Below are positions 1 to 9,116 of a stretch of DNA of 41,208 bases, one piece after another. The notes under the pieces are model-generated. The model was not told the origin of the DNA. It saw nothing but the letters and a program-made list of their open reading frames with translations, and searched no databases. The DNA comes from a virus. Positions within the stretch are counted from its first letter, which is position 1; each line of letters begins with the position of its first letter. Both the position numbers and the translations under genes were made by a program. Where the stretch lies: the IMG/VR virus record IMGVR_UViG_3300005535_000011, one strand, 5' to 3'.

Positions 1-120
1 AAATTCGGCACTAATTATACAAAAGCTCAATTAGTAGGAATCTTGCAAAGGTTTTAGTATGGAAGAGATCAAAGCACAAGAATCAGAACTCACACCCGAC
101 CAACAGGATGAGAAAAACTG
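1..120. repeat. Terminal direct repeat, left copy (identical to 41089..41208)
   Basis: Read directly: 1..120 equals 41089..41208. Bases 1..57 re-encode the last 18 codons plus stop of CDS 40300..41145, and 59..120 is the start of CDS 59..292. This is an assembly overlap of a circular genome or a terminal redundancy. Confidence 0.95.
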
Positions 121-292
121 TGGCGAGCGTATCGGCTATTGGCTTAACAAGTACGGATGTACGTTGCACGGCGTTGCCATTATTGAAAATGGCTCGGCCC
201 GCATTCAAGTAGGTGTGCAAAAGATTCCGGCAGAAGTCCGCAAGGCCATGAAAGAGGCCGAAAAGCGTGGACAAGTCCAAACCGGCGCATGA
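59..292 (+). CDS. hypothetical protein (77 aa)
   Basis: ATG lies 1 nt after the stop of the upstream gene (TAGtATG), on the same strand as the virion module. No recognisable motif. Confidence 0.55.
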   Translation: MEEIKAQESELTPDQQDEKNCGERIGYWLNKYGCTLHGVAIIENGSARIQVGVQKIPAEVRKAMKEAEKRGQVQTGA

Positions 293-542
293 TATATCTA
301 TAGAGGCAGGCGAAAAGCTTGGCGAAGCTGAGGAGAAGCTTAAGAAGGCTGAGGATTTGCTTTTAGAGGCTAATATTCGCATGAAACGCGCCCGCGAGTT
401 TGAAGCCACTCTCGTCGCACGTCAGAAGAAACTAGATAGGGCCTTTTATCTCCTGGGCAAACAAAAGTCTATGCTTACCGAACGAGAATTGAAGGCCACA
501 GAACGCGAAAGTTTATTGCATGACAACATGGAAAGCTTCTGA
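267..542 (+). CDS. hypothetical Lys/Glu-rich coiled-coil-like protein (91 aa)
   Basis: GTG start with GAGG 9 nt upstream, overlapping the upstream gene by 26 nt. The first in-frame ATG is only at 381, so the start is uncertain. Confidence 0.45.
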   Translation: MDKSKPAHDISIEAGEKLGEAEEKLKKAEDLLLEANIRMKRAREFEATLVARQKKLDRAFYLLGKQKSMLTERELKATERESLLHDNMESF

Positions 543-573
543 TACAATATAAATAACACGCGTACAAGCGGTT
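540..573 (+). promoter_or_regulatory. Extended -10 promoter (TGaTACAAT, 540..548) + late leader box AACACGCGTACAAGCGGTT (555..573)
   Basis: A TGn -10 element lies exactly 6 nt before the box, in front of gene 592. Confidence 0.5.
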
Positions 574-591
574 GATCTAATCAGGAATGCC

Positions 592-1989
592 ATGGGCAAC
601 AAATTCCAAGATTCAACCGCTAACTATCAAGTTACTTGGACAAACTCAACCGCGCAAAACACCTCCCTTCCAGCCTATGGTTGGGGTTATTCAACGGCAA
701 TCATCACCGTACAAAACACCGGCACAATCAGTGGTGGTGCTATTACCTTTGAAGGATATGACGGGTATAACTGGTACCAGATTAACGCCACCGAACTGCT
801 TTCTGGCCTCAATGACCAGACATATTCTCTAGCTAACGGTAGCGTTGCCCTCGCTGCCGAAATGACCGGGTTCTCACAATTCAGGGTTCGGCTAAGTACC
901 GCGATTAGCGGTAGCGGTAGCGTCCAGATCACAATTAACGAATCGGCCGCCGCCATATCGTCGATTGTTAGAGGGTCAGCGTCCGTAACGAACGTACAAG
1001 TAACGGATGGCACAAACACCGTCAACGTGCTTAAGTCTGACGGCACTGCGGCAGGACAAAATGCCGAGATCGTTGCAGGCACCTACTTATCCGTACCATT
1101 CACCACTACCACAGCGCAGGCTGTTGGTAGCACTGACGTAGGAAATTACCGTTGGGTCTCTGTCCATATAACAACTCAGGGCACCGGGTCACTTGTGACT
1201 TTCCAGACTTCGAACGACAATGTCAACTGGAAATCGCAATTACTTTACTTTAGCGACAGTGCCACGGCGCACTCGACTTCGAATACCGGCTCAAGTAACG
1301 TTATTATGTACGGCGCACTCGACGCCCGATATTTCCGCCTAAACGTCACAGGCATTTCCGCAGGAACTACCGCAGGTACAATCGTCTTCTCAACTCTTCC
1401 TGGGGCACTCCAAACTCTGGATGTCCAGCAAAGCGGGACGTGGACCGTCCAGCCGGGGAATACGGCTAATACAACGCCTTGGCTAGTGCAAAGCAACCAA
1501 CAAACATCCAAGACGTATTCTGCCTCTACCAACATCACGCCTGCCGCATCTGCCACAGACATATTTACGATTACAGGCAATGGCACAACAACGGTTTTCG
1601 TCACTAAAATACGATTATCCGGTACCCAAACGACCGGCGGCCTCGTCAATGTTTCGGCGATCAAGCGATCATCGGCGGATTCTGGCGGTACGTCAAGCTC
1701 GGTAACTGCTGTACCGCACGATTCAAATAATGCCGCCGCCTCGGCCACGCTTTTGAACTACTCGGCCAACCCAGCCTCTACGGGTACGGCGGTGGGAACT
1801 GTACGGCAGGATGCTGTGCCATTCTCGGCGTCTACGGCAACCACAAATAATATCGTCGAATGGACATTTGGCAATAATGGTCAGCCAATGACCCTTCGTG
1901 GAACGGCCCAGCAACTTGCCCTTAACCTGGGCGGTTCGACCGTAACGGGCGGAAGCATTAACGTTGATATTGAATGGTACGAAGTCTAG
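592..1989 (+). CDS. virion structural protein, putative fibre/receptor-binding protein (465 aa)
   Basis: AGGAA RBS 5 nt upstream. Ser/Thr/Asn/Gly-rich beta-type composition. Two internally similar segments (..FSQFRVRLS.. and ..ARYFRLNVTG..) suggest tandem jelly-roll/lectin-like domains. It follows promoter plus leader box 540..573. Confidence 0.55.
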   Translation: MGNKFQDSTANYQVTWTNSTAQNTSLPAYGWGYSTAIITVQNTGTISGGAITFEGYDGYNWYQINATELLSGLNDQTYSLANGSVALAAEMTGFSQFRVRLSTAISGSGSVQITINESAAAISSIVRGSASVTNVQVTDGTNTVNVLKSDGTAAGQNAEIVAGTYLSVPFTTTTAQAVGSTDVGNYRWVSVHITTQGTGSLVTFQTSNDNVNWKSQLLYFSDSATAHSTSNTGSSNVIMYGALDARYFRLNVTGISAGTTAGTIVFSTLPGALQTLDVQQSGTWTVQPGNTANTTPWLVQSNQQTSKTYSASTNITPAASATDIFTITGNGTTTVFVTKIRLSGTQTTGGLVNVSAIKRSSADSGGTSSSVTAVPHDSNNAAASATLLNYSANPASTGTAVGTVRQDAVPFSASTATTNNIVEWTFGNNGQPMTLRGTAQQLALNLGGSTVTGGSINVDIEWYEV

Positions 1990-2019
1990 TCGTACAAATA
2001 TCACTAAAGAGGCATAATT

Positions 2020-3627
2020 ATGCTACTCGCTGAAGACAATATACCGTATGTAATGCAAAAACGAGGGTATGCTAGTAAATTCCCTATCTACGCTCCTATC
2101 AGTGGTTCTGTCCTCCCAGTAGTGACCCTGGCCACCAAAGGTTTAAGTTCAGGAGCTTCTATCGCCAATGACGGGGCAAATTACGGCCCTGATACTCCTG
2201 GCACCGTCACCGGGGGTTTGCAAGAAGCAGTAAGCTATATTATTGCTAATGGTGGCGGCACGATAAAGGTAGCCGGTGGCAGAATCCCACTTACCAAGTT
2301 TACAAACACCACCTATCGGTCAGTCATAACCGTAGACTCTGGTATGGCCGTGGACGCGGGACAACCTATTATCGTAAACATAGAGGGCGCTGTACCAGCT
2401 AATTGTAACGTGCTGAACGGTATTACAACTCCGAATAGTTACCCGTCCGGTTCGACAGTCCTTGATGGTAGCCAACTCGACGTTTTGCAGTACGGTCTTT
2501 ACAAACAGGGCAGAATCTTCTTTGTACCGCCTAAGCCTGGAACATTCGCCCCTATAAATGCCATCTTCCTACGAATTACGAATATGGTCATCATCCTACC
2601 AACATATAACGCTGCTGGCACTGGTAGCCCGACTTATAACATGGGTGGCTATGGTAACTGGAAGTTATTTGTAGCTGGTAACGTACAGCCATCAAATGCC
2701 GACCATGCTCTTTTTGTTAATGGTATTGACGCTTGGGCCGCCTCGTCGTGCCAGATTGAAAGTGTAGACTGCATCAGCGCCATAGCTGGATTGAATCCTG
2801 ACGGTAATATCTACGCAGGTGGTGGTGGTGTAAGACCGCTTGGCTCTGCGGCTGGGTTTGTCTTCCCGCACACCAATAACGAGGGCAACTGCGTTGCACG
2901 TACATTGTCTACTTACGATTTGCCAACTGCGGCCGTCACGGCTGCACATGTTTCATGCGATCATTTGTTTTGTCAAAGCGGGCGTATAGCTTTCTATACT
3001 ACCGAAGGCGCACATGGTGGTCACTTTACGACGGTCAATGTACAGGAAACATCGACGGTTGTGCAGCACCAGGTACTGAGGCAGTTGACGAACTCTTTCA
3101 CCGGTTCAACACCATATGACCCACGCGGGGATTTATACGCGTTCGCAAGTATGTCCTTTCCGGCGCACGCTGAGACTTGTAGCCTCATTATAGATAACGC
3201 CTCAATGGAATCACCGTCTAACTTTTTGGTAGATGATTCCGCCCATCCATTAACATTAGTAGCTAACGTGGAGGCCACCGGCGGTATTACACCACTATCT
3301 ATATGGGGAGCTGGCGCGAACCTTATGGTTAACTTTATCGACGTGTCTTCAAATGCTCAGATTGTCTTAAACGGCACGACGGCCGGTACGGTCACCTATA
3401 GCCAAAGCGGTACAACACCTTGGGATAAACGATTTGTGGCGTATCTGAATGGATATCGGAATAGTACCGGAGTGTCGCAGACGATCACCTTTGTGATGGC
3501 CTATAACAATTCTCCTGCGATACTAAAAGATGATACCTCCGGTGCGACCGTCTCGGCCACAACACTGACCCTGCCGAACTCTATGGGCGCGCCTGTTACC
3601 GGGTATATTATGCTCGGTGGCTATTAA
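2020..3627 (+). CDS. putative tailspike / beta-helix depolymerase-like protein (535 aa)
   Basis: AAGAGG RBS. The N-terminal stretch GTVTGGLQEAVSYIIANGGGTIKVAGGRIPL resembles the start of pectate-lyase-type right-handed beta-helix tailspikes. The call rests on motif memory only. Confidence 0.5.
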   Translation: MLLAEDNIPYVMQKRGYASKFPIYAPISGSVLPVVTLATKGLSSGASIANDGANYGPDTPGTVTGGLQEAVSYIIANGGGTIKVAGGRIPLTKFTNTTYRSVITVDSGMAVDAGQPIIVNIEGAVPANCNVLNGITTPNSYPSGSTVLDGSQLDVLQYGLYKQGRIFFVPPKPGTFAPINAIFLRITNMVIILPTYNAAGTGSPTYNMGGYGNWKLFVAGNVQPSNADHALFVNGIDAWAASSCQIESVDCISAIAGLNPDGNIYAGGGGVRPLGSAAGFVFPHTNNEGNCVARTLSTYDLPTAAVTAAHVSCDHLFCQSGRIAFYTTEGAHGGHFTTVNVQETSTVVQHQVLRQLTNSFTGSTPYDPRGDLYAFASMSFPAHAETCSLIIDNASMESPSNFLVDDSAHPLTLVANVEATGGITPLSIWGAGANLMVNFIDVSSNAQIVLNGTTAGTVTYSQSGTTPWDKRFVAYLNGYRNSTGVSQTITFVMAYNNSPAILKDDTSGATVSATTLTLPNSMGAPVTGYIMLGGY

Positions 3628-3640
3628 CTTCGCTCCTACG

Positions 3641-3673
3641 TGGTATAATATGTATAACACGCGGAATGCGGTT
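3641..3673 (+). promoter_or_regulatory. Extended -10 promoter (TGgTATAAT, 3641..3649) + late leader box AACACGCGGAATGCGGTT (3656..3673)
   Basis: Same 6-nt spacing between the -10 element and the box as at 540 and 37696. Confidence 0.55.
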
Positions 3674-3690
3674 CATAAATCCTTATATTT

Positions 3691-3879
3691 ATGCCGCCCG
3701 ACACCCTTTGGACAGGAAACCCCAATCTCGAAGTAAGCGTTACCCAAGGTAACGTCGCTTTTGATGATGCCTCTACGACATACGATTCATCGACGACATT
3801 CTATGATGGCGCGCCACAGTCCGAGCTGATACCTATTTACACACCTTCTAACACTCTTTGGACGGTGCAAACGGTATGA
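3691..3879 (+). CDS. hypothetical protein (62 aa)
   Basis: First ORF after promoter/leader box 3641..3673. Its stop overlaps the next start (ATGA). Confidence 0.45.
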   Translation: MPPDTLWTGNPNLEVSVTQGNVAFDDASTTYDSSTTFYDGAPQSELIPIYTPSNTLWTVQTV

Positions 3880-5090
3880 GCAATACGGCATATCCGGGGG
3901 CTATTGATAGTCCAACTAATCCGTCCACAAATGACACGTTGGCAACCGTTCCACATCACACGCAACACGGACTTGTAAACGATGCGGTCGTGGCCATAGA
4001 AACTAAGCTTGGTACTGGCTCATCTGGTCAGACGCCTAGTAATGGCGCCTATCTTGTGGGCAACGGTTCGGGCGCTACGCAATGGGTAACTACCCTCACG
4101 AGTCCTAGTATTACAACATCACTTTTAGACCTAAATAGCAAAACCTGGATAGGACAGAGCGCAGCCGGTGCAAGTGCCGTGAATTATCCACTGCTTGGAA
4201 ACTCGACGACAGGAAATGCGGTTACTTACGGGGCCGCCGGAACGGATAGCAACATTAACACAAATATTGTCCCTAAGGGTTCTGGCAAAGTTCAGGATAA
4301 TGGGTCAAATCTTATTGATTTTCGTTCGAGCTTTTCCAATTTTGTGCAGACTGGCGGCGTATGGACTCAAAACTCTGGACTTGTGGGCTCAATGACGGCA
4401 GCAACGATTTGGATTAATGGTGTCGAATACAGTGTGGCGGCGGTCAGTAATCACACGTTTGGCGCCTCTGTTGATACGTATATCGACTACACCGTCGGAA
4501 CGGGTATTGTTTATACGGCAGTATCCAACAACGCGGCTTCGCCCAGCCTGGCTGCAAATTCGGTGCGGCTCGCTATTGCTGTTTCCGGTGGAGCTTCGCT
4601 CTCATCGTTTAATCAGGGTTCCCTATCGGCTACCGCGCCAACCGTATCGGGTAGCGTGCTTATGGTTTCAGATTCACTCGGCAATTTAATTTATCCGGTC
4701 GTTCCAAACCAAAACCTAATAGGGTATCGCCAGATTACCGCTAACACAAGCGGTTTCACGACCATTGCGGACATTACGGGCCTCTCCGTGCCAGTCAACG
4801 TTCCCGCCGGACGAAACATTGAGGTAAGCGCGCTCGGACACTACAATACAACTGTTTCAAATGACACCATGGCTTTTGTCATACGGGAGGGTTCCACGTC
4901 CCTGCAAGACGACACCGAGGGTACGATTGGTACGTCGCCCAATTTTGGATTCAGAGTTGCACAACCGTTATCTCCTTCCGCCGGTGTTCATACGTATAAG
5001 CTTTCGGCTCAACGGCTCTTCGGTAGTGGAACGGATATTATCGTCGCTAGCAGCACCCAGCCTGCATACATAAAGGTGAATCTCGTATGA
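3876..5090 (+). CDS. tail fibre protein (404 aa from ATG 3876)
   Basis: The N-terminal motif HHTQHGLVNDAVVAIETKLG (H-x2-H ... IE-x-KLG) is a common phage tail-fibre N-terminal signature. The ORF track begins at TTG 3858; ATG 3876 forms an ATGA overlap with the upstream stop. Confidence 0.65.
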   Translation: MSNTAYPGAIDSPTNPSTNDTLATVPHHTQHGLVNDAVVAIETKLGTGSSGQTPSNGAYLVGNGSGATQWVTTLTSPSITTSLLDLNSKTWIGQSAAGASAVNYPLLGNSTTGNAVTYGAAGTDSNINTNIVPKGSGKVQDNGSNLIDFRSSFSNFVQTGGVWTQNSGLVGSMTAATIWINGVEYSVAAVSNHTFGASVDTYIDYTVGTGIVYTAVSNNAASPSLAANSVRLAIAVSGGASLSSFNQGSLSATAPTVSGSVLMVSDSLGNLIYPVVPNQNLIGYRQITANTSGFTTIADITGLSVPVNVPAGRNIEVSALGHYNTTVSNDTMAFVIREGSTSLQDDTEGTIGTSPNFGFRVAQPLSPSAGVHTYKLSAQRLFGSGTDIIVASSTQPAYIKVNLV

Positions 5091-6061
5091 TTACGCTCGA
5101 TGAGGCCTTGGCGGATGTACAGGATGCTACCTCAGACACGACCCTGGATAGCCAGACGAAATTTATACGCTGGCTCAATCAGGGGTACCAAAATATACTA
5201 TCCACCTTCGGTCGGCCAGGCATTGAAAAGATCAGTAATACCACTACGAACGTCCCGAGCAACCCGCTTGCGGACACTGACCGTAGTTACCAGCTACCGC
5301 CTGACTGCCAGTTCGTGAAAACGGTTAAGATACAAATTGGTTCACGCTGGTACCAGCTTATTGAAGAGGAATCACAAGAGATGTGGAATTTCCGCACCGA
5401 ATATATATACGGCGGTATTCCCGGCATGTTTTTTATAAATATGAATTTTGGCGTGGCAAGCAAAGAGCTACAAATTGACCCGATCTGCACAGCCACCACC
5501 ACCCAGAACAATCAAACAGTGGGCGTGCCTATGCGTATAGTATACGAATCGTCTGATATTAGGCTTGACCACTTGGCTGTCACCCCCACCACAAATGCAT
5601 CCACCGTAACGTTTAGGTATAACGGAACGTCAGTCACATCCTCTGCCCCTATATTCTCTAGCTGGATGGCACTCGGCTCAACCTATATTACAGCCGGAGA
5701 TGACGGGGATGGCAACTGGTATAAAATAACCGCCGTAAGTAGCTCTACGTCAGCAACGATAGGAAATTACTATCAGGGTACTAATGTAAGTTCAACAACG
5801 AACTGGTCCATTAACCAGATTATGAGCCTCCATCCTGACATGCAAGACATTCCTGAGTTTTGGGCGCTTTATAAATATTACCAATACAAAAAAGATTCGA
5901 AGTGGAAGGGCCTATACGAACAGGAGTACTTTAGCCGTTTACAGGCCGCTAAGGGCAACTGGGCTACAAAGACCCGAAGTTCGATTATCCGCGGTAAGAA
6001 AGGTATTAGCAGATGGCACAGCTACCCGGGCTGGTTCCCGGCTGGCGGTGTCACTTCTTAA
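5087..6061 (+). CDS. virion-module protein, function unknown (324 aa)
   Basis: ATGA overlap with the fibre gene stop. Long ORF in the structural block. Confidence 0.55.
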   Translation: MITLDEALADVQDATSDTTLDSQTKFIRWLNQGYQNILSTFGRPGIEKISNTTTNVPSNPLADTDRSYQLPPDCQFVKTVKIQIGSRWYQLIEEESQEMWNFRTEYIYGGIPGMFFINMNFGVASKELQIDPICTATTTQNNQTVGVPMRIVYESSDIRLDHLAVTPTTNASTVTFRYNGTSVTSSAPIFSSWMALGSTYITAGDDGDGNWYKITAVSSSTSATIGNYYQGTNVSSTTNWSINQIMSLHPDMQDIPEFWALYKYYQYKKDSKWKGLYEQEYFSRLQAAKGNWATKTRSSIIRGKKGISRWHSYPGWFPAGGVTS

Positions 6062-6070
6062 GGCTAGCGT

Positions 6071-7603
6071 ATGAATCCGCAAATGACGTTCGTACCACCG
6101 TCGCCTACCGACCAGCAGGGAGATGAAGAAGCCAAGCAATGGGTCATAGACCAGTTCTATGGCGGTATTTCTGATGCTGAAAAACAGATCGTCCGAACAA
6201 CTTATTTACTCGAAAAGCAATACCAGTTTTATTTCGCTCAAAACGGCGACATTCTGAACGACGCGGGTTGGTTTACGATCAATCGTTCTACGGTTCTCGA
6301 TTCGCCTACTGGCATGATTACCGCCCTGCCCAAATGGATAGTGAGTGGTCAGCCTTATACGTCTAACATTTATATTTACTGCGCCGATGGTAAAATGTTT
6401 TCGCGGGACGCGAACGGTCAATACAAGTTTTTATTTCAAGCGCAGGATTCCCAAGGCAACGGATTGGCGCAGTGGCTTGGATACCTATACTACACAACCA
6501 ACTCGAGCGTAGGCATTTACGGGCCGGTTAGCTCGCCCAATCCTGCGACCCGTAATGATTCGTACCTCACCCAAGGATTTAATAATACGGCGCTTACCGG
6601 TCTGGCCCCGATTAATACAGACCTTCCTTTTTTATCAATCGGTCACGGAAATAACTTAGGTAAGTTTGACGGTACGAACTGGACGCCCAACCAACTGACC
6701 ATTCCAAACGGAAGCTACATACGATCTATGGACACGGCGAACAACATGCTATCCATAGCCACGGCATCAGGACAAGGGACACTTAGCAAAAGCGTAGGGT
6801 ATATATTTTTCTGGGATGGCGCGAACTATACGTACAATAACTGGGTGCGAGCCGACGCTGGTATCGACGTAGTTCTTAGTAATAAAAACCGGCTATTAAG
6901 CGTGGTGGGGGCAAATAATGCCCTATATACAGACACTTCCCCTTTTCAGAGCTTTCAACGCTTCCCTAAGCTTCGTACGTCAGATCGTATACAAGTATTG
7001 CCCGGCTCTGCGACTAATTATAATGGCGTGGCGCTTTTCGGTGTAGCAAATACAACAACTTCTTCCACATTGCAACAAGGAATATACCATTGGGGGAATC
7101 GGTGTGACGCATACCCGGAGGGTCTTAATCTTGATTACACGATTTCGACCGGCAACACAACAAACATAAGCATCGGTGCCACCTATTCTACTGGCCAGCA
7201 ATTATTCATTGGCTGGCAGGACAACAACACCGGAACGTACGGAGTAGATATCGTAAGTGGTAGTAATCCTTACTACAATTCGGCGTTTATCGAGGGGCTA
7301 GTTATCGACGACATGCGCCCGGTTGACGACAAGAATGGGCTCACCATTAAGTGCTCTCACCTCCCCCTGCGCGCCGGTGAGGGTATTCAGCTTGCTTTTA
7401 AGGTTAATCGTGGCAGCTACGTGCTTTCTACTACTAATAACGTTGTCGGGTCGGTATACACCAAATTCCCTATCATTGGAGATTACGCGCAGTTTAAAGA
7501 AATACAGGCCAAGGCAATTTTGAGTTCGACGGGCGCTACGTCGCCGACCCTAACAACGCTCGGCGTAGCATACATGCCGCAGTTAACACAGAGCCAATAC
7601 TAG
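6071..7603 (+). CDS. virion-module protein, function unknown (510 aa)
   Basis: AAGG RBS. Long ORF in the structural block with beta-rich composition. Confidence 0.55.
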   Translation: MNPQMTFVPPSPTDQQGDEEAKQWVIDQFYGGISDAEKQIVRTTYLLEKQYQFYFAQNGDILNDAGWFTINRSTVLDSPTGMITALPKWIVSGQPYTSNIYIYCADGKMFSRDANGQYKFLFQAQDSQGNGLAQWLGYLYYTTNSSVGIYGPVSSPNPATRNDSYLTQGFNNTALTGLAPINTDLPFLSIGHGNNLGKFDGTNWTPNQLTIPNGSYIRSMDTANNMLSIATASGQGTLSKSVGYIFFWDGANYTYNNWVRADAGIDVVLSNKNRLLSVVGANNALYTDTSPFQSFQRFPKLRTSDRIQVLPGSATNYNGVALFGVANTTTSSTLQQGIYHWGNRCDAYPEGLNLDYTISTGNTTNISIGATYSTGQQLFIGWQDNNTGTYGVDIVSGSNPYYNSAFIEGLVIDDMRPVDDKNGLTIKCSHLPLRAGEGIQLAFKVNRGSYVLSTTNNVVGSVYTKFPIIGDYAQFKEIQAKAILSSTGATSPTLTTLGVAYMPQLTQSQY

Positions 7604-7605
7604 CC

Positions 7606-7965
7606 ATGAATCCATTTAATGCCCCTTTTTCTCTACCATCAGTCGGCCCACCCACCTCAAACAATAGCCTAAGTGGTTGGCAGTTTCAGCCTTATCAGTT
7701 AAACTCTTCTGGAAATCTACCAGGAACAACCACTATCGGTATTAATGGCCAGGGCGTGCAAATATCCGGCCCTAATAGCTCGATTATTCTGTCTGACCCT
7801 ACAAGCCAGAACGCAACCATCTCACTTTTGGGTAAGAATGGCTATATTTTATTCACAAGCCCCACAACTAAGGTGAATCAAATGATAGCCGGTATACTGC
7901 CCGACGGAACGACTGGGATGGTGTCATCTAAAACAGGGATTGACGTTTTGTCAATATTCGCATGA
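7606..7965 (+). CDS. virion-module protein (119 aa)
   Basis: Starts 2 nt after the upstream stop. Its stop overlaps the next start (ATGA). Confidence 0.55.
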   Translation: MNPFNAPFSLPSVGPPTSNNSLSGWQFQPYQLNSSGNLPGTTTIGINGQGVQISGPNSSIILSDPTSQNATISLLGKNGYILFTSPTTKVNQMIAGILPDGTTGMVSSKTGIDVLSIFA

Positions 7966-8681
7966 GTCAGATAAGTAATGTCCAGAACATAAATTTTTCT
8001 ACCGCGTTCGCTATTGACAAAATATGCGGGGTGTTAAGCAATACGTTCACGGCTGGCGCGCCGACTCTGGGAGGTTATCTCTACCAGTACACTATCCCCC
8101 ATTCATTCACCCGTCCCACATTTTGCGACGCACTGTTTTCGAAGGATGGGACTAACTATGTGCCCAATGGACAGGCCGATACGAGCAACTCGTATAACAT
8201 ATATTCCGATTCTAGCAATATATACCTAATAACGACGGCTACAAGCGGGACCATTTACTACAAAGAAGTTTCCACGTGGATAGATGACTTTGATAATACC
8301 AACCCGCTTGTTTCACCAACATTTCAGACCACCCTTCCTACAAGTGATAATACCTACTTCGATAGCCGCAAGAACTACCAGAAGGTACTTCAACAAAATG
8401 TCGTGTCACTTAGCAGTCCTGGAGCGGGAATGGTTGGGACGTATACGGTTAACCACAATCTCGGTTACGTTCCAAACTATAAAATATTTTTTGAATCTCT
8501 TCCGGGTCAAGTATGGCCAAGCATCAGCGGCGGGGCGCAGGACATATGGTTTTACGATACGGCCCATCAGTACGAGTGCTACGGCGTTATAAATAGCACG
8601 ACGCTCACTATTTCGTATAGCTGTGGCGCATCGGCAGCAGCCAACTTCAGAGTGTGGTATAGGATTTATTATGACGCTTAG
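7962..8681 (+). CDS. virion-module protein (239 aa)
   Basis: ATGA-coupled to the upstream gene. Uninterrupted ORF. Confidence 0.55.
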   Translation: MSQISNVQNINFSTAFAIDKICGVLSNTFTAGAPTLGGYLYQYTIPHSFTRPTFCDALFSKDGTNYVPNGQADTSNSYNIYSDSSNIYLITTATSGTIYYKEVSTWIDDFDNTNPLVSPTFQTTLPTSDNTYFDSRKNYQKVLQQNVVSLSSPGAGMVGTYTVNHNLGYVPNYKIFFESLPGQVWPSISGGAQDIWFYDTAHQYECYGVINSTTLTISYSCGASAAANFRVWYRIYYDA

Positions 8682-9069
8682 CTACAGATACGACCAGTTA
8701 CGATTTTCGACCACAATTCCTAACTTTATCAATGTCGCGACTATTCCGGCCAGCCTAAGCATTAGTGGCACCTTGGCAGACGGTGGCTCCCAAAATTTTA
8801 CTGTCCAACCCTCTTTAACGACGTTTACAACCTTCGCCGATATCAAGTTCAAAAACAATAACACGGGTAACGCAACCTATCTTACAAATAGCGTAGCCAT
8901 TGATCCGATCTGGCAGTATGTGTCCACGGAGACAGTACAAAACTCCGTGACATTTGTAGGGAGCCTCATATCCATAGTCGTTTCGGTCACCAATAATACC
9001 GGAGCCCCGATCACGTTAGTAAACCAAACGTATAGCATCGAAGTTATAGAGTACCAACTACCGTTTTAA
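8671..9069 (+). CDS. virion-module protein (132 aa from ATG 8671)
   Basis: The ORF track start at 8623 is a non-ATG codon deep inside the upstream gene. In-frame ATG 8671 overlaps the upstream stop by 11 nt. Confidence 0.5.
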   Translation: MTLSYRYDQLRFSTTIPNFINVATIPASLSISGTLADGGSQNFTVQPSLTTFTTFADIKFKNNNTGNATYLTNSVAIDPIWQYVSTETVQNSVTFVGSLISIVVSVTNNTGAPITLVNQTYSIEVIEYQLPF

Positions 9070-9100
9070 TGATATAATAAAGAAAACGCGGAATGCGGTT
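9070..9100 (+). promoter_or_regulatory. Extended -10 promoter (TGaTATAAT, 9070..9078) + late leader box AAAACGCGGAATGCGGTT (9083..9100)
   Basis: 15 of the box's nucleotides (ACGCGGAATGCGGTT) are identical to the copy at 3659..3673. Confidence 0.55.
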
Positions 9101-9116
9101 GACTAAGAGGCTATAT

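Noticed and set aside
9093-9116. ATG 9093 as the start of the 416-aa ORF (similarly a 27-codon ORF from ATG 3666 and a 4-codon mini-ORF from ATG 37718)
   Set aside because: These ATGs are part of the conserved leader box (..GGAATGCGGTT..) and lack an SD. ATG 9117 has a GAGG at ideal spacing.
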